Origin: Podarcis gaigeae
Lineage: Eukaryota
Reading direction: 5' to 3' (one strand)
Assembly (NCBI GenBank): GCA_964106915.2
Contig: OZ066921.1
DNA length: 64,000 nucleotides
Part shown: positions 38,253-51,251 of the stretch, in pieces
How the letters are laid out: each line of letters opens with the position of its first letter
How positions within the stretch are numbered: position 1 is the stretch's first letter
Notes under the pieces: generated by a model
What the model was told of the DNA's origin: nothing
The model's input: only the letters and a program-made list of their open reading frames with translations
The model's database searches: none
Translations under genes and position numbers: made by a program

Positions 38253-39536
38253 AGTCAAAGACCTGGAAAGAGCAAGTTTCTGGCTTGGAGCTGTCCAAGG
38301 TCCTGTGATTTGAGCCCTACCTGGGCTGACTATTCCAGAGGTGGACAGAAGGTACATCAGCTTTTGCTTGTAGATCTCTGGGTGATTTGCAACTAGACTA
38401 TAGCAAGGGTTTCTGAGTTTCAGTTGCTGTTAACAAAATTGTTCTCAACAAAATGACTTTTCCCACTTAAATTAGGTGGTTGAAATTAAAAGGTGTGTGA
38501 GTAACCAGGAATAGACTGCTGTGTAAAAGGACTGTGGTTTGTAGCCAACTTTTAGTTAGAGTAGACACATTAACATTCATAAATGTAAGTTAGTTACATA
38601 ATAAATGTAAGTTAGTGGGCACAATGACTACAATCTTGTGAGCTCAATTCAGTTATGATACTGGGGGAAAAACTTCTAGGCTCAGAATACTCTGGCTGAC
38701 AGACCTCTGGTCTTCTCCTGTGGAAACATGTGCTCTGCCACTGAGCTACGGCCTTTCTGCTATCAGACACAAATTCAAGCTGCAAGTTCTCCATCCTTAA
38801 CTAAAAGCATGAAAACCACCCATTTGCTCTTGATCTTAAAGTAGACCTGCCAAATCTGAAGTCTGCCCACCTCTGGACTATTGCCAGTCTTAGCCACCTC
38901 TCATGCCCTGTCCCACCTGTAGCCAGGACATAATAGTTCACACGGACTAGCAGAATTAGCACAGGAGGAAACTTCAGGGCGAGGGTGTTGTGGGGCTCAA
39001 GCAGGGTTTTGTGCTCAAGCCTGTTTGCTTTGGCCTGTGCCACTCACAGTAATCCTCATATTGCCCAGTCAACTATGTGGACTAGCACAGGTTTGAACAG
39101 TCCACTTGTGGCTTGTGGGAAATACTATTCTCCCACACTCTCCTTTCCTCTGACACTTAGGCTGTGTGCATGGTATATTTTTAAAGCACACTTTGAACAC
39201 ATTATTTCCCTCAAAGAATTCTGGGCACTGTGGCATGTTAAGGATTGCTGGGAACTGTAATTCTGTGAGGGGTAAGCTTGAGCGCCCATAATTCTTTGAG
39301 GGAAAGAATGCATTTCAAACGTGCTTTAAAGGTATAGTGAGGACATCCTCCATCTGAAATTACCCTTCTAGAGACACCATCAGGGGGTGGAAGAGAATGT
39401 GGTGGAGGCAACTGGACTAAGAGGGCAGCAAAAGCAATATAGACAGAGGCTGAAGCTTAGGAAATTCCCAGCCTGGATTTAGCTTCCATTCTCAGCCATC
39501 ATTTGTTACCTGTGTGCGCACACAAATGAATTCACC
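29657..39536 (+). repeat. Tandem segmental duplication, copy 2 (9,880 bp)
   Basis: Identical ORF track to copy 1. Identity ends at ...gaattcaccca (39538, counting the 2-bp CA microhomology), then unique sequence resumes. Confidence 0.97.
37401..37642. mobile_element. Family-A Tc1/mariner MITE (duplicated copy)
   Basis: Same as 27521-27762 at +9880. Confidence 0.88.
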
Positions 39537-39851
39537 CAATAGAGACTCTTGACTGCATTCTCTTGTCTCCCAGTTGCAGGTGAGACTCAGCCTGCAATTT
39601 GTACAGCTATTTGAAAGCTAGTTTGAACTGGTGGGTGATTGATTCCTTCGTCAAGGGAAATGGACACAGCGCACCCCTCTTGTCCATTACAAAACTCTCC
39701 AGCGACCTACTTTACCCTCCCTGCCTTTGTTCTTAATTCCTAGAAATGGCTGCGCTCCAGATTTTGCCCATCAAGGCAAATTAATTGGAGTCAATCCTAA
39801 TTTGCTCTCTGCTGTTCTTTGGCCAGAAGATTAAATGCTTTGCAGACATTA

Positions 39852-39862
39852 TCCTCCTCCTC

Positions 39863-39909
<47 letters not shown>
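39852..39909. repeat. (TCC)n/(TC)n microsatellite
   Basis: Directly visible. Confidence 0.9.
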
Positions 39910-39911
<2 letters not shown>

Positions 39912-42900
39912 TAAGGGACAAACCTCCCTGAATTGGGAGGGACAGGCGGGTGGGGGAAAAGGATAAAAGAAGGGAGAGTTAAAAGGAGATGATGTTTAAA
40001 TTCACTCTTTGTAATTGTGAAGCGGGGGTGGGGAGAAGATGCTGCGCTGCAGCCATTGTTGAGAAGCCGGGCACCAGATGGTGACACTATTCTGGGCAGC
40101 TGTGTGACAGCAGTGGGCACACGTGGAGTAGAGCTGTGGGGGCCAAGACCATTCCTATGACAGTGCCCTCTTAAGATCATGCTGGAATACTGATGATCCT
40201 TACAGGGCCTGCACCGAGAGGATAGCTTGACGGAAAGTCAGAGTTGGCTTGGAGCAGTATGGTTCTCTATGTGAAACATTAAATCCTCTCTCACTTTAGC
40301 ATACTGGGGCCACATCCATACCATACATTTAAAGCACTATTATACCACTTTAAACAGTCATGACTTCCCCCAAGGAATCATGGGAACTGTAGTTTGTTAA
40401 GGGTGCTGAGAGCTGTTAGGAGACTTCCATTCTCACAGGGCTACAATTCCTAGTGTGGTTTAACAACCAACTCAATTAACTCTGTGAAACTGTAGTACAT
40501 ACATCACACTCCCCCGCCCTTTTAAACAACAACAACACAGAGGTCTTGCACAAAGAGTCCAAGATCTGAGCAGGTGTTGTTACAAGGTGAAATCACTGCT
40601 TGGCCAACACCATCTTAAGCAATATTTGAATCTTTACAAATCCCTTGAGCCAAGGAGAGCCCTACTCTGTTTTGTCCTGCTAATGGTTACCAGGTAATTC
40701 ATTCTCCAAGGGCTAGGACTTCCTGCAATTAGTTTCCTGCAATGTCCCTGGATGTGTTACCTCAATGAGAAAAAAAAGAACCTTCTTTCTCAGGACAATG
40801 GGGAGAAAAAGGAATGGGATCTTATGGTTCCACCGCCATAGGTCCCAACATCATCATAGTTTCTGGCATTTCAGTTTGGTAAATAACAAGCTTTTTTCAA
40901 AACTTCCCTCTATCATGTCATATGATTTAAGCAAGCCGTAATCCAGGAAAACCTCCAGGAAGCGGTAGTTTTCCATGTGATTCATATATCTCTTTATAGC
41001 AGGGGTAGTTCCTATTTTTGAATACTAGTCCCTGGTAAAATAGGATTCCTATTTTGTTTTTAGGAGAGAAACTGGGTGAATGTACATTTGTGTACGTTCA
41101 TGTGCATGTGAATCCTGGGAACTATAGTTTGTTAAGGCTGCTGGCAATAGTTCTATGAGGGGCAAACTCAGTTCCCAGTATTCTGGGTGCTTTAAATGTA
41201 TCATGTGCATGGAGGTTTTATATAAAACATACCGGCAAGCAGTAGGTTGCAGATTGGTGAGGGGCCACAGCTGATCTAGAGTCATCTTTCCTCACAAACA
41301 CAGAAGTATTGTTTGCAGGTCTGATCCTAACTCAATGTAGGCACACCACACAAGCTTTTGATTTCAGCGTGCTTCGGTGCACCTAACTCTGCAAGGGATC
41401 AAGTTGCTATTTCCTCAAGCTGTTACCAAATAAGCTCAGTTCGAGAAGACCCTTGCCCCCATTCAGTGTGAAGCTGGATTTAAATAGAATTAACTGAACA
41501 TGAATCCATTCCTTTTGGCCTCCATCCAGATTTGCAGATACTGATAGGGGCCTTTTTTGCACTCTGAGAAGGGCACCTTCTTTGCCACATGTTCTTCTTG
41601 CCCCAGGCATCTGGCAAAATCAGATGACTCATGTAGCCTGCTTTTGTTACTGGCAGAGAACTAAGTTCTGGTGAGGGAAAGCAGCTCCACTTGTATATGT
41701 CAGTAATTAAAACACAGAATACTAGCAGCTTCATATGTGGTGTAACTCAGGAATTCTAAAAAACATCCTCACTGGGCAACAGTCATTCGTTCCCCTTACC
41801 TTGGGTTTCCTTGGAATAATAGTTTGTGACTAAGTAGTAGACTTTGAGCACTTCCAGAGTTTTGGTATTTTGCGGTGGGATTCATTCACATATTGGTAAA
41901 TTCAGGTCACATAACTAAAACTGATTTGGAGCTCTTGCATAATGAATTCACTCCCCTAATTTGACTTTTTGTGACAAGGAAATTGATGGGGAAATGCCCT
42001 GGGAAATTTGGGGTAACATTTGCTTGACATAGCATCATTTAACCTCCCTGCAAACTTTGTGCGAATAAATCAGGATAAATCAATAAGCAGTTTGTCTTGA
42101 AGTGACCAGAGTCCCCATCCCAACAATAGATCTGAACAGGGGGAGGGAACTGATTTTCCAAATGAGAGTTTTCAAAAACTGAAAAATACCCAAGCACTAT
42201 TTGTTTGACATAAAGTTTTTATAACTAACCATTTTATAAATGGAGACAACAAAATATCTCTGCAGCACACAGAAACATTATCACACAATATTTAGGTGAC
42301 CTAGTATCAATGGGATAATGAACTGGATTGTATTCGTTTTCAAAAGAATGGTGTTTGCAGGCAACATTATTTTTCTACTAATGTCACACAACAGATGATT
42401 TTTTCCACAAGAAAACAAGTGGTTTTGTTAAGAGAAGTATCCAAAGAATCGGGGAGTAAAGATGAGAGAAGCTTGCTTTTGAGTCAAGTAGAGGCTTAAT
42501 CCAGGAGTGGGGCCAACTCTTGCCTCCACATCACACAACATGATGTCAGTGTCTGTTTACAATTTCCAAAGGACAAACAGGATGGTATTTCTGCAAAAGA
42601 ATTAATGAATACTAATTGGGTCTTAGAAATGACAATTCATAGAAACCAGAGCGAACATTCCTGTCTCTGAGGTGGTCTTTTTCTAAATTTAAAGACTTTA
42701 TACTAAACACACACAAAAACCCTGAATGTTTTCAAGGCTAGTAGAGCTGCTGACCTGGAGTTTGTTGATTGATTTGACACAATTTCTTTTGACCTGTATT
42801 GTGATTTTTAGGTTGGTTCAGTTGGCACAAACAGTTAGTAGCTCTCACATATGACAACAGACAAATTGAGCACAAACTTCCTAGGTAGTCCGGACCCATC

Positions 42901-45299
42901 TCCATCTTTGGGCTTATTGAATGCATGTGACTCAGCCTCATTTACTGCAATTAATTTGATAAATATAGTGCAGCCGGCTCCAGTTTTGGGGGGTCAGTCA
43001 GGTGCTCTCAGCAGACCTCAACCTTAGCACTCCTGTTCTGCAATGCACATCTTCAAACTTGTTTGCTTTTCTCTTCTGGACCCAATCCATGCAACCATTC
43101 AGATAGAGAGAGAGAGAGAGAGAGACGGAGAGAGAATAAAGCAGGCAGAGGATGCTGCTGTATCACCTCACTCTTCTGATTGTTTGCATGCTAGAAATGA
43201 CAAGTGAACACAGGCATTGACCGCAATGAGGATGAGGAGCAAGACCAGCAGTCGTCTCCAGGAAATGGCAGTGGGCCCTTTGCAGGAGTATTGGCCGCAA
43301 GAGGTGCCCAACAATTTTTGTAAATAGCCCTGTGATCTTCAGATGAAGGACAGTATAATAATTTAATTAATAAAATAATATGTAAGTAATACTGCTGCCG
43401 CCAGCCCTGACTGGCACTTTCAAGCATCTGTTGAAGTAGGCGCTTGCCTCCAAGGCCCAGCTGCTGCACATGGTTTCTCTCTCTTTGCCTTTGAACAATG
43501 AAGAATCCTGCATTCCTTGAAAGGAGAGAGGACATGCTACCCTTGTAGGATATCATGTGTCAGAAGGGAAATAAACAGATATTATTATTGCAAAAGGCAA
43601 ATGCAGTTGGAGCAAACTTTATTGCTTGTGCATCCAAGCTTTCAGTTAACCTCATCTCTGATTTAAATATTGTCCCATGCCATTCCACTTTCAGCTTTGT
43701 TAAATTGGAAGAGAATGTGTTAATCCAGACATAAAGCCACAATCCTCTTATACTAAAGTAGCCCCATTAAAATAAACTGTACCAGTTTTGAGCAATAAGA
43801 GGATAGTAACTCTGGGAACAAACTTCAGTGATTTAATAGTCCTAGAACTGGCCACTCAAGAAGCAGTCTAGTATGTTTCTTTCTTATCCAATCTCATGTA
43901 TTAGTTGTCACAGAAGTCTCCATGGTGAACCCTGACTTCTTTGCCATGCTAGGATCTGGATTACGACGATGGATTCTATTTATTATTTATTGTTCTTTCT
44001 AATAGCAAACTCAGGTGGTAAGTGCCGACAGAGATTGAGCTAAAACAAGGGCATTAGAAAATAAGATGGAGTGGTATGAGCATCCTCAGGGGAATCCGAA
44101 GTACAAAACATTAAAGGGGAATCCACAAAAACCAGCTGAGTGAGGATCGTACCAAAGAATGTTGAGTGTTAATGGAAGGAGGAAACCAGAAAACTGGGGG
44201 TTATGGGAAATTGATTACTCTGCTTGAACTCTTTATGCTCTCATACAGGAGGGCATAGCTTGCTGACAGAAACTCTAGAAAAGAAGAGCAATACTGCCAA
44301 AAGGTGAGATTACACTGTAACACCAGAATCCATATTAGGGAAATAATTTTATAATCAAATAGAATCATAGAATTGTAGTTTTGGAAGGGACTAAGAGGGT
44401 CATCTAGTACAACTGGCTGTTTTCAACTCTTTGTCTAGCTAGATGGTAAATAAGAAATTTAGATGCATGTGCAACTAAATTTACAAGCTAAAGCAAAAAT
44501 GCAGCAGTAGGCAACACATGAAAAAATCCCTAAAGAGCCCGCTTAAATAAAACCAACTGCTGCATCCCATGTTGAGTTGTCAGGGAGCTTTCTGTCATTT
44601 TTCTGCACAATACTATACACATCTATTCAGATATACAGCTTCAGTCAATAGGATCTACACTCAGGTAAACCTGTATAGGATCACAGCCTTTAAGCTGTAC
44701 TTATTTTGATGAGTGTGGATATGCTTTATTTAGTATTTTTTAGGCAGAGGCGGTTAGTTTTGGGTGGCATGGAAGGGCAGTAAATAGTTATTGGATTTAT
44801 TATTACTGTATTTTTAGTGCCAGGGAAGGGCAGAAGAAGTGCTTAGAAATTCTGCTATAGGTGCCTTGATTTGGTGGGGCTGGGGAGCAAATTGTCTCGA
44901 TTCGGCTGTGTTTTTGTTCTCTTACTGCTATTCATTATTCCTTATTGCTCAGACCTCCAGATGTGGCAAGGGACGTCTCAGCTGCTGGTCTTTTTTGCTG
45001 GTTGGTAATTCTAACACACCCAGCTTGGAAAAAATGCAAGTATTTCCAAAAAGTCACGGAATATGGAGGGGTTTTGTGTCGTTCTTATAATTTACGTGCC
45101 CTGCTGTAAGCCTCGAATATAAACCTCAAAGAGCTTAAACGGTGATGGTTTTTTTTTATTATTTTAACTGTCACGGTTTGGTGAGACGAGATTTTAAAAA
45201 CGCATTAAGCAAACAAACGCATATTAAAAGAGGCGCATGTGTACAATGTATTCGTATGAAGGCAAGCAAAAACAGAGAAGAAAACAACCGTGAGGGGAG

Positions 45300-45870
45300 A
45301 GAGACCAAGGGGCGCGCCAGTCGCCGCCTCCTGTTCTCAAAGGCAGCCCGCACGGGCCTGTAAAGGGCTCCAGCTCCGCTCTTGGCACCCGCTTCCTTCC
45401 TTCCTGGCCTCGCCTCGGTTTCTATGACAACCACGGCCACCTCTTTCCCCCGCTCCCGCCCCTCTGCGTTAAGCGCGGCCCACGACTCGCCTCCGCCAAT
45501 CACAGCCGGGGAAAGCGGCCGCGCGCCATGTGTGTTGTTATCCCGAGCGCTCACTGATGACGTGATGACGCGAGCGCCAGGCCATAACCCCCCATTTGGG
45601 CTTGGGCTGGACCCGGCGCCCACCCCGCCGCGGGCTGAGGTGAGTCGGTGTGGGGCGACTTGGCAGCAGAAGGCACTGAGCTCGACATGGTCTTCTTGCT
45701 ATTCGGCGTGGTCTTGGCGGGGCCTTGACTCGGGGGGGGGGGTGTCTTGGGCGCACCAGACCATAGAGGGGCCTGCATTTCTCCTTTGCTCGTGCTGTAT
45801 CCGAGGCCTGCTTTGCAGGTCCGTCCCCCCCGCCCCGGCCTGGCGTGGAGCTTGAGGGCTTTCGCAGTGA
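45300..45870 (+). promoter_or_regulatory. PSKH1: PSKH1 CpG-island promoter
   Basis: CpG-rich island with GC boxes (cccgccc), CCAAT at 45496-45500 and tandem CRE/ATF-like TGACGT/TGACG at 45558-45570. Confidence 0.8.
45570..45639 (+). other. PSKH1: PSKH1 non-coding exon 1 (5' boundary approximate)
   Basis: Strong donor GAG|GTGAGT at 45640 inside the CpG island. The next exon carries the ATG, consistent with the PSKH1 architecture I recall. Confidence 0.65.
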
Positions 45871-48153
45871 GCCTCTGTAGTCCTTCCGTTTGCCCAAAGT
45901 AGCACTTCAGGCTGCTCCTCTTTGGCATTCATAGCTCTTTCCCCCGTCAGCCTCAAAGCTCTAGTAGGCAACGCCTGTCCTTAGAATTCGAGTAAGCAAA
46001 GAAGGAAGATGCTTTGGTGCTGACTGTGCTTAGTCCCGTTAAGTTGGTGTCACCATAAGGTCAAGGAAAGGGAATTGTTTATCTCTTAAATAAAGGAAGC
46101 TGCGTTGTGCCAGGTAAGACCATTTGTCCGTTTAGTCCAGCATTGGCTACTCCAGCATTTCCCAACCTAGTGTCCTCTTAACTGTTTTGAGCTCCCAGTT
46201 CATCACCCACAACCAGCTTAGCCAATGGTCAGAGATGATGGGAGTTGCCCTACAGCATGTGTAAGCACACATGTTCTCCATCGCTTGTAGCAGTTGTTCT
46301 TCAGGATGTGAGGCATAGGTCTTTCAAATCACCTGCTCCCTGATCCTTTTACCTGAAGATTTCAAGTACTCCGTCTTGGATCACCTTCCTGCAAAGCATG
46401 TGCTGGAGTTTTGGTTCCTCTCTGATTGGTCTGCCATTAAGTAATTTGGGAGTATTATTCACTTCTATAGCTTGATGCTGGTAGAATTAACTCTGGTTGA
46501 CTGTTACCTGAAAACTCTTGAGAGAGAATGAATGGGAGTAAATATGGCTTGCTACTGTTTCTTAACATATCTGGCCTTCACAGGAAATCAAATGAGCTTC
46601 CATATATGCATCGTATACAGAATTGCTGCCCTGTTTATGCTTGTAGAAAAAAAAGTGGAGGAGGATTAAGTATAGGCTTCAGTGTTGTGTGGGTGCACAT
46701 CGGTTTCCTTCAACATGCAAGAGGAAGAATAGGTTGTCAATGTATAAAACAGAAAAACAAGGATGAAAAACAGCTTGTTACTTGTGACTGAAGTTTTCTT
46801 CCTACATGATCACTCCTTGTCTAATCTTGTCTTGAAAGCTTTAAAAATATGTGCCGTGGAATAAAACTTGTTAAGACTGTTTACAGAGAACAAGGGTTTT
46901 AATGGGCACTTCATTTTCTTGTGTTCTCATAGCAGTTTGAAACATGCTAAAATTTCATGGTACACATGGTCAACACCTGACTCCTGTGGTACTCTTGTAA
47001 ACTGCCCTTTCAAAAATAGTCTCTCTCAGAGGAGCAGGGCAGTGGCCATCTCTTAGACTGTCCTGTGGCAAGCAAGATTTGGGAGGCACATGTGCTGAAT
47101 AAGGGTGTTATCTGCATGGTTACGGTATAGTAAAGTTGCACTGGTAAAGTAATTGTACACCTGATCTTTAAACCTTAAAATTATGCATTATTGGCTTTTG
47201 TAATAAGTGCTGACGCACAAGAATTACCTGCACTTGAAGAAGTAAGAGAGGCCTGGACAAAGCCTGGTTTCCATGGAATTTGAGTGAAATTGATCCAGGG
47301 TCTGTGAGTGACGTTATACAGTTTTAAAACCACAGGACCTCTTTACAGAAAGAACCACTGCTTCAATCAGCTAGGAGACAACCTTTTTGCTTATATACCC
47401 ACTAGTTTTCTCCTTGAAGTCAGTAGAATATCAGAGGCCTACTCCACAATAGCTTAAAGCTGGGCTTTCAGCATGGATGCTCCTCTTCTGTGGAACAGCA
47501 TTCCTGTTGAGATATGAAAAGTGCCTATTATTTCATTTTTCCGTGATCGACTGCAGACCATTTTGTTTTGACAGGCATTTCCAACTGGGTGAAAAGATTT
47601 TAGTAACACTAGTTTTAGTAACACTACAGAATAAACACCTATAGTTTTCATCGTTTGTACTATTTTAAAAGCTATTTTAAGTAGGGTGTTGTTGTTTTTG
47701 TAAATTACCTTGGGATACATATGGAAGGTGATTAATAAATTAACAAAATAAGTGTAGTATTGCTAGTTCCCCCCACCCCAAGATGGTGACTGCCCCTTTC
47801 AAAGCTCTGATTTACTAAGAGGATGCAGTTGTTACTCTACCAGTCTGTTACCTACCTTCATTCCTGCCTGCAGTAGCAAGGTTGACTTTAGATATGAGAG
47901 ATGGTGGCTATTGGTGCAGCTATTGCAATATCTCTCAATGCCTTGATAGTTTTAATAGGAGAGGCATCAACTCCAGATGAAGACCAGGCTATTCTGTTTG
48001 CATTCCAATCACTTCCTTATAACGGCCTTCTAGGCGAATATTGAGAAATATTTTACTTCCTTGGTAGGTTCTGGGACAATATCTGATTGCACTGACAAGC
48101 ATTGTTTCCCCCCGCTTCCACCCTTGAGATTTGTGTAGGATTGGAAGGTAGTA

Positions 48154-48411
48154 CCGTATTTTTCGCTCTGTAAGACACACCAGACCACAAGACGCAACTA
48201 GTTTTTGGAGGAGGAAAACAGGAAAAAAATATTCTGAATCTCAGAAGCCAGAACAGCAAGAGGGATCGCTGCGCAGTGAAAGCAGCAATCCCTCTTGCAC
48301 TTCTGGCTTCTGGGATAGCTGCACAGCCTGCATTCGCTCCATAAGACGCACACACATTTCCCCTTACTTTTTAGAAGGGAAAAAGTGAGTCTTATAGAGC
48401 AAAAAATACGG
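48154..48411 (-). mobile_element. Tc2/pogo-like MITE, family B
   Basis: TIRs CCGTATTTTTCGCTCTGTAAGAC / GTCTTATAGAGCAAAAAATACGG, TA-flanked; 258 bp. Confidence 0.85.
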
Positions 48412-48637
48412 TACATCTGAACTCTTCTGAAAGTACAGTTCTCAAAACATTTTCTTGTTGAAATTCTATTGCAGTCTGTGAAGGGTATGCACAGTAAATA
48501 TTTTTTTATAATATCGTAAATTTTTTAAAAAGACATTTGAAGGAGGAATAAAAATTAAATATGATGACAGGTACCTTTAAGATGAAAACAGGAAAACTTG
48601 AGGTGCTAACTTTTCTCACAGCATTCATAAGGAAGAA

Positions 48638-48639
<2 letters not shown>

Positions 48640-48671
<32 letters not shown>
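48640..48671. repeat. (GT)n microsatellite
   Basis: Directly visible. Confidence 0.9.
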
Positions 48672-48675
<4 letters not shown>

Positions 48676-49999
48676 ACACCAGCCGTTCCCAAGCTGGTGG
48701 CCCCCTGATAATTTGGATTGCAACTCCTGTCCTCCCAGACCATTGTCCACATTGACTGGAGTTGTTGGAGCTGGAGTCTAAAATGTCTGGAGGGCATTAA
48801 ATTAGGGAAGGTTAGTTGCTTTGACTTTGCAGTGTGAAGAAAATATGCTCATCATTTTTTAAAGATTATTTTGAAAGGCATGCTTCTAACACACTGAGTA
48901 ATGCCACACTTCGGATAATTTTCCTGATACTTTTGAATGCCAATTGTGCATGATTGATGTTTGTTACAGGTGCTTTAAAGTGACAAAGACATGTGGTAAG
49001 CCATCAGCAAAGGGTGGAATGTCCTCTACTCTGCAGTTGGCTTCCCCTTCTACTTCTTGAGCCTTAAGATCATTCCTGTCCTGTGAATGGAGGTTTAGGT
49101 TTAGCTTTAAAGAGATTTTTAGGATTAAATGTTAACCTTTGAACACTGACTTCCTTAAGCTTTTTGTTTTTTCAAAAGTGGAATGCTGCATTTCTTTCTG
49201 ACACGCCTTTAAAATTCTGTTGTTTAGCTGCTCTTAGTAGATGGGATTCTCTTACGGTTGCTCAGGTTTCATGTACGTTTGAGGAAAGGTAAAATATACA
49301 ATGGCAAAAGATGTTTGAGAAGATCCAGCAGCTTTCTAGTACTTTCCATTGAGTAGCTTGAGTTTAGACATCTTTTCCTCTCTTGTGGACCAGAATGGGA
49401 AAACTCAGACTGAGAAAGTGACATAATGTAGGCAACTTACCAAACTCCTGTCCAGCATTTTTTTTAAAAAAATAATAATCTTCAAACACTGTAAAATCAA
49501 GCAACCTTCTGTGGTGTGTTGGGATATAGGCGTGCTTTTCTCTTTTGATCAAATGAATGGAAGGTCCTCATTTTCCAAAAAGTGAGCCAATTCAAAGATC
49601 TGTCTGAAAAAATGATGAGACTGGTAAAATGTAATTCTGGCACCTAAGAATTTATTATTCTATTTGAAACATTTGATGCTTAATTCCTAGGAATCTGAAA
49701 TATTTTAAAACCCTGATAAGGAAGGTTATTTGGCAATTTAATATTAGCCCAGCAGCAGAAAATGCTAAAGCTTGTAATGGAATTTTGTACCTGTGTAATC
49801 TGTATAATGGTGATAGTATTGTTTGAGAGTCAACAGTTTCAGCATTCAGCATCTGCAACCCTAGCTCCAGCTGCTAGAAGGAACAATAGAGAAAAGAAGG
49901 TGCCAAACCAAACTGTAGGTCAATATGCTGATCAGCCAAACAAATAGATAAATACTGAGTTCACTTGGAAATCTCTTGACTTCTGTGAAATTTACTTTT

Positions 50000-50180
50000 T
50001 TTATTATTGATTTTAATTCGTTTTGCTACATCAAACATTAAAACAAACGAAGAAAACATACATAACACATACACTCAAAAAAGAAATACATAAAAAAGAG
50101 AAATAATAATAAAGAAAACAAAAGAAAAAACATCTCCTAACATAAGACACCAACAAATTAACTTACATTAACTAAATAAC
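50000..50180 (-). mobile_element. Short antisense retroposed (L1-type 3' tail) insertion with 12-bp TSD
   Basis: AAATTTACTTTT at 49988-49999 and 50181-50192 flanks an insert that starts with a T run and is A-rich on the plus strand. Confidence 0.6.
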
Positions 50181-51251
50181 AAATTTACTTTTAGTAACTA
50201 TGCTAAGCTAGAAGCCTTAATGCCTTCTAGTTATACAACTGCTAGACTCCATTGCATTCCCATATTCTTTTTGCAGAAAACATTCGCTGTTCCAGCATCA
50301 ATTTCCTGTCTTCAGCTTCATAAGTAACCTATAATTTGGGTGCAGATGCTCATGAAATGTGAGCACTTCATACCTGTGAAGTGATTCTGATGACTTTCTC
50401 CCTTTCTCACAATATCTCTGCACATTTTTGGATGCAATTAATTAACTTACAGGTTTTCCTCTACTGGAGATTGTATTAAGAAAGCTCTAGCCAACTGGTT
50501 TCGGGAGGACTTGGGTTGATATATTGAAACAGTTTGAACTGTATATGTACTAAAAGTTATCTTGAGATGCTCAGAATTGTTGGATCATTTTATTTTTAAC
50601 TTGATGGAGTTAGCACAGAACTAAGAATGTCCAAGTCTTGGCTTATCAGTGGAAGTACTGATATTGTGGCATTTCTTCCTTTGGTTTCATGACAGAGCTG
50701 TGGTTTAAAGCACACTTACACTCCCCCTTCCTAATTATATTTTCTGGGAAGCCAAGTCTCCTGAGTCATAGTAGAGATAATTTCCAAGTGATTGAATAAG
50801 CAGGAGAAAGAATTGAGGTTATTAATATGGTTCAACTCAGACATCATACAGAGGTATGGTTTGTGTCAGTCTTCCTCCAAGCTGGTGTCTTCCAGATGTT
50901 TTGGACTACAATTCCCATCAACTCCAGGGATGGTGGAAGTTGTATTCTAATGGGTGCCAGGCTGTGCAAACCATGGTTTGCAAATCTACTTCAAACTGTA
51001 GTTATTGATTCTGATTTGTTGGTGATCACAAACTGTGGTTTAAGAATTCAAATATTGCACTAAAACCTGAATTAAGCTTATGTGCAGAAAGGAAGGGGGC
51101 ATTTATTGAATAAATATAGTATGCTCATCTCTCTCTCTCTCTTTCTACTCCAGCTTCCTGGGATGTCGTGGAGATTGGAATTGTTCCAGACATGCTTGCT
51201 CTGGTGTTGCTCTGGGAGAACACCTTGATGGATGATTAGTACCATTCAGTG

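Noticed and set aside
39555-39590. Pyrimidine tract-CAG-TTGCAG-GTGAGA resembling a microexon or recursive splice site
   Set aside because: Intergenic, with no host transcript evident; short motifs like this arise by chance.
45171-45971. Overlapping 90-157-aa ORFs on both strands
   Set aside because: Expected stop-codon depletion in a CpG island; low-complexity Arg/Pro/Ala/Gly translations.
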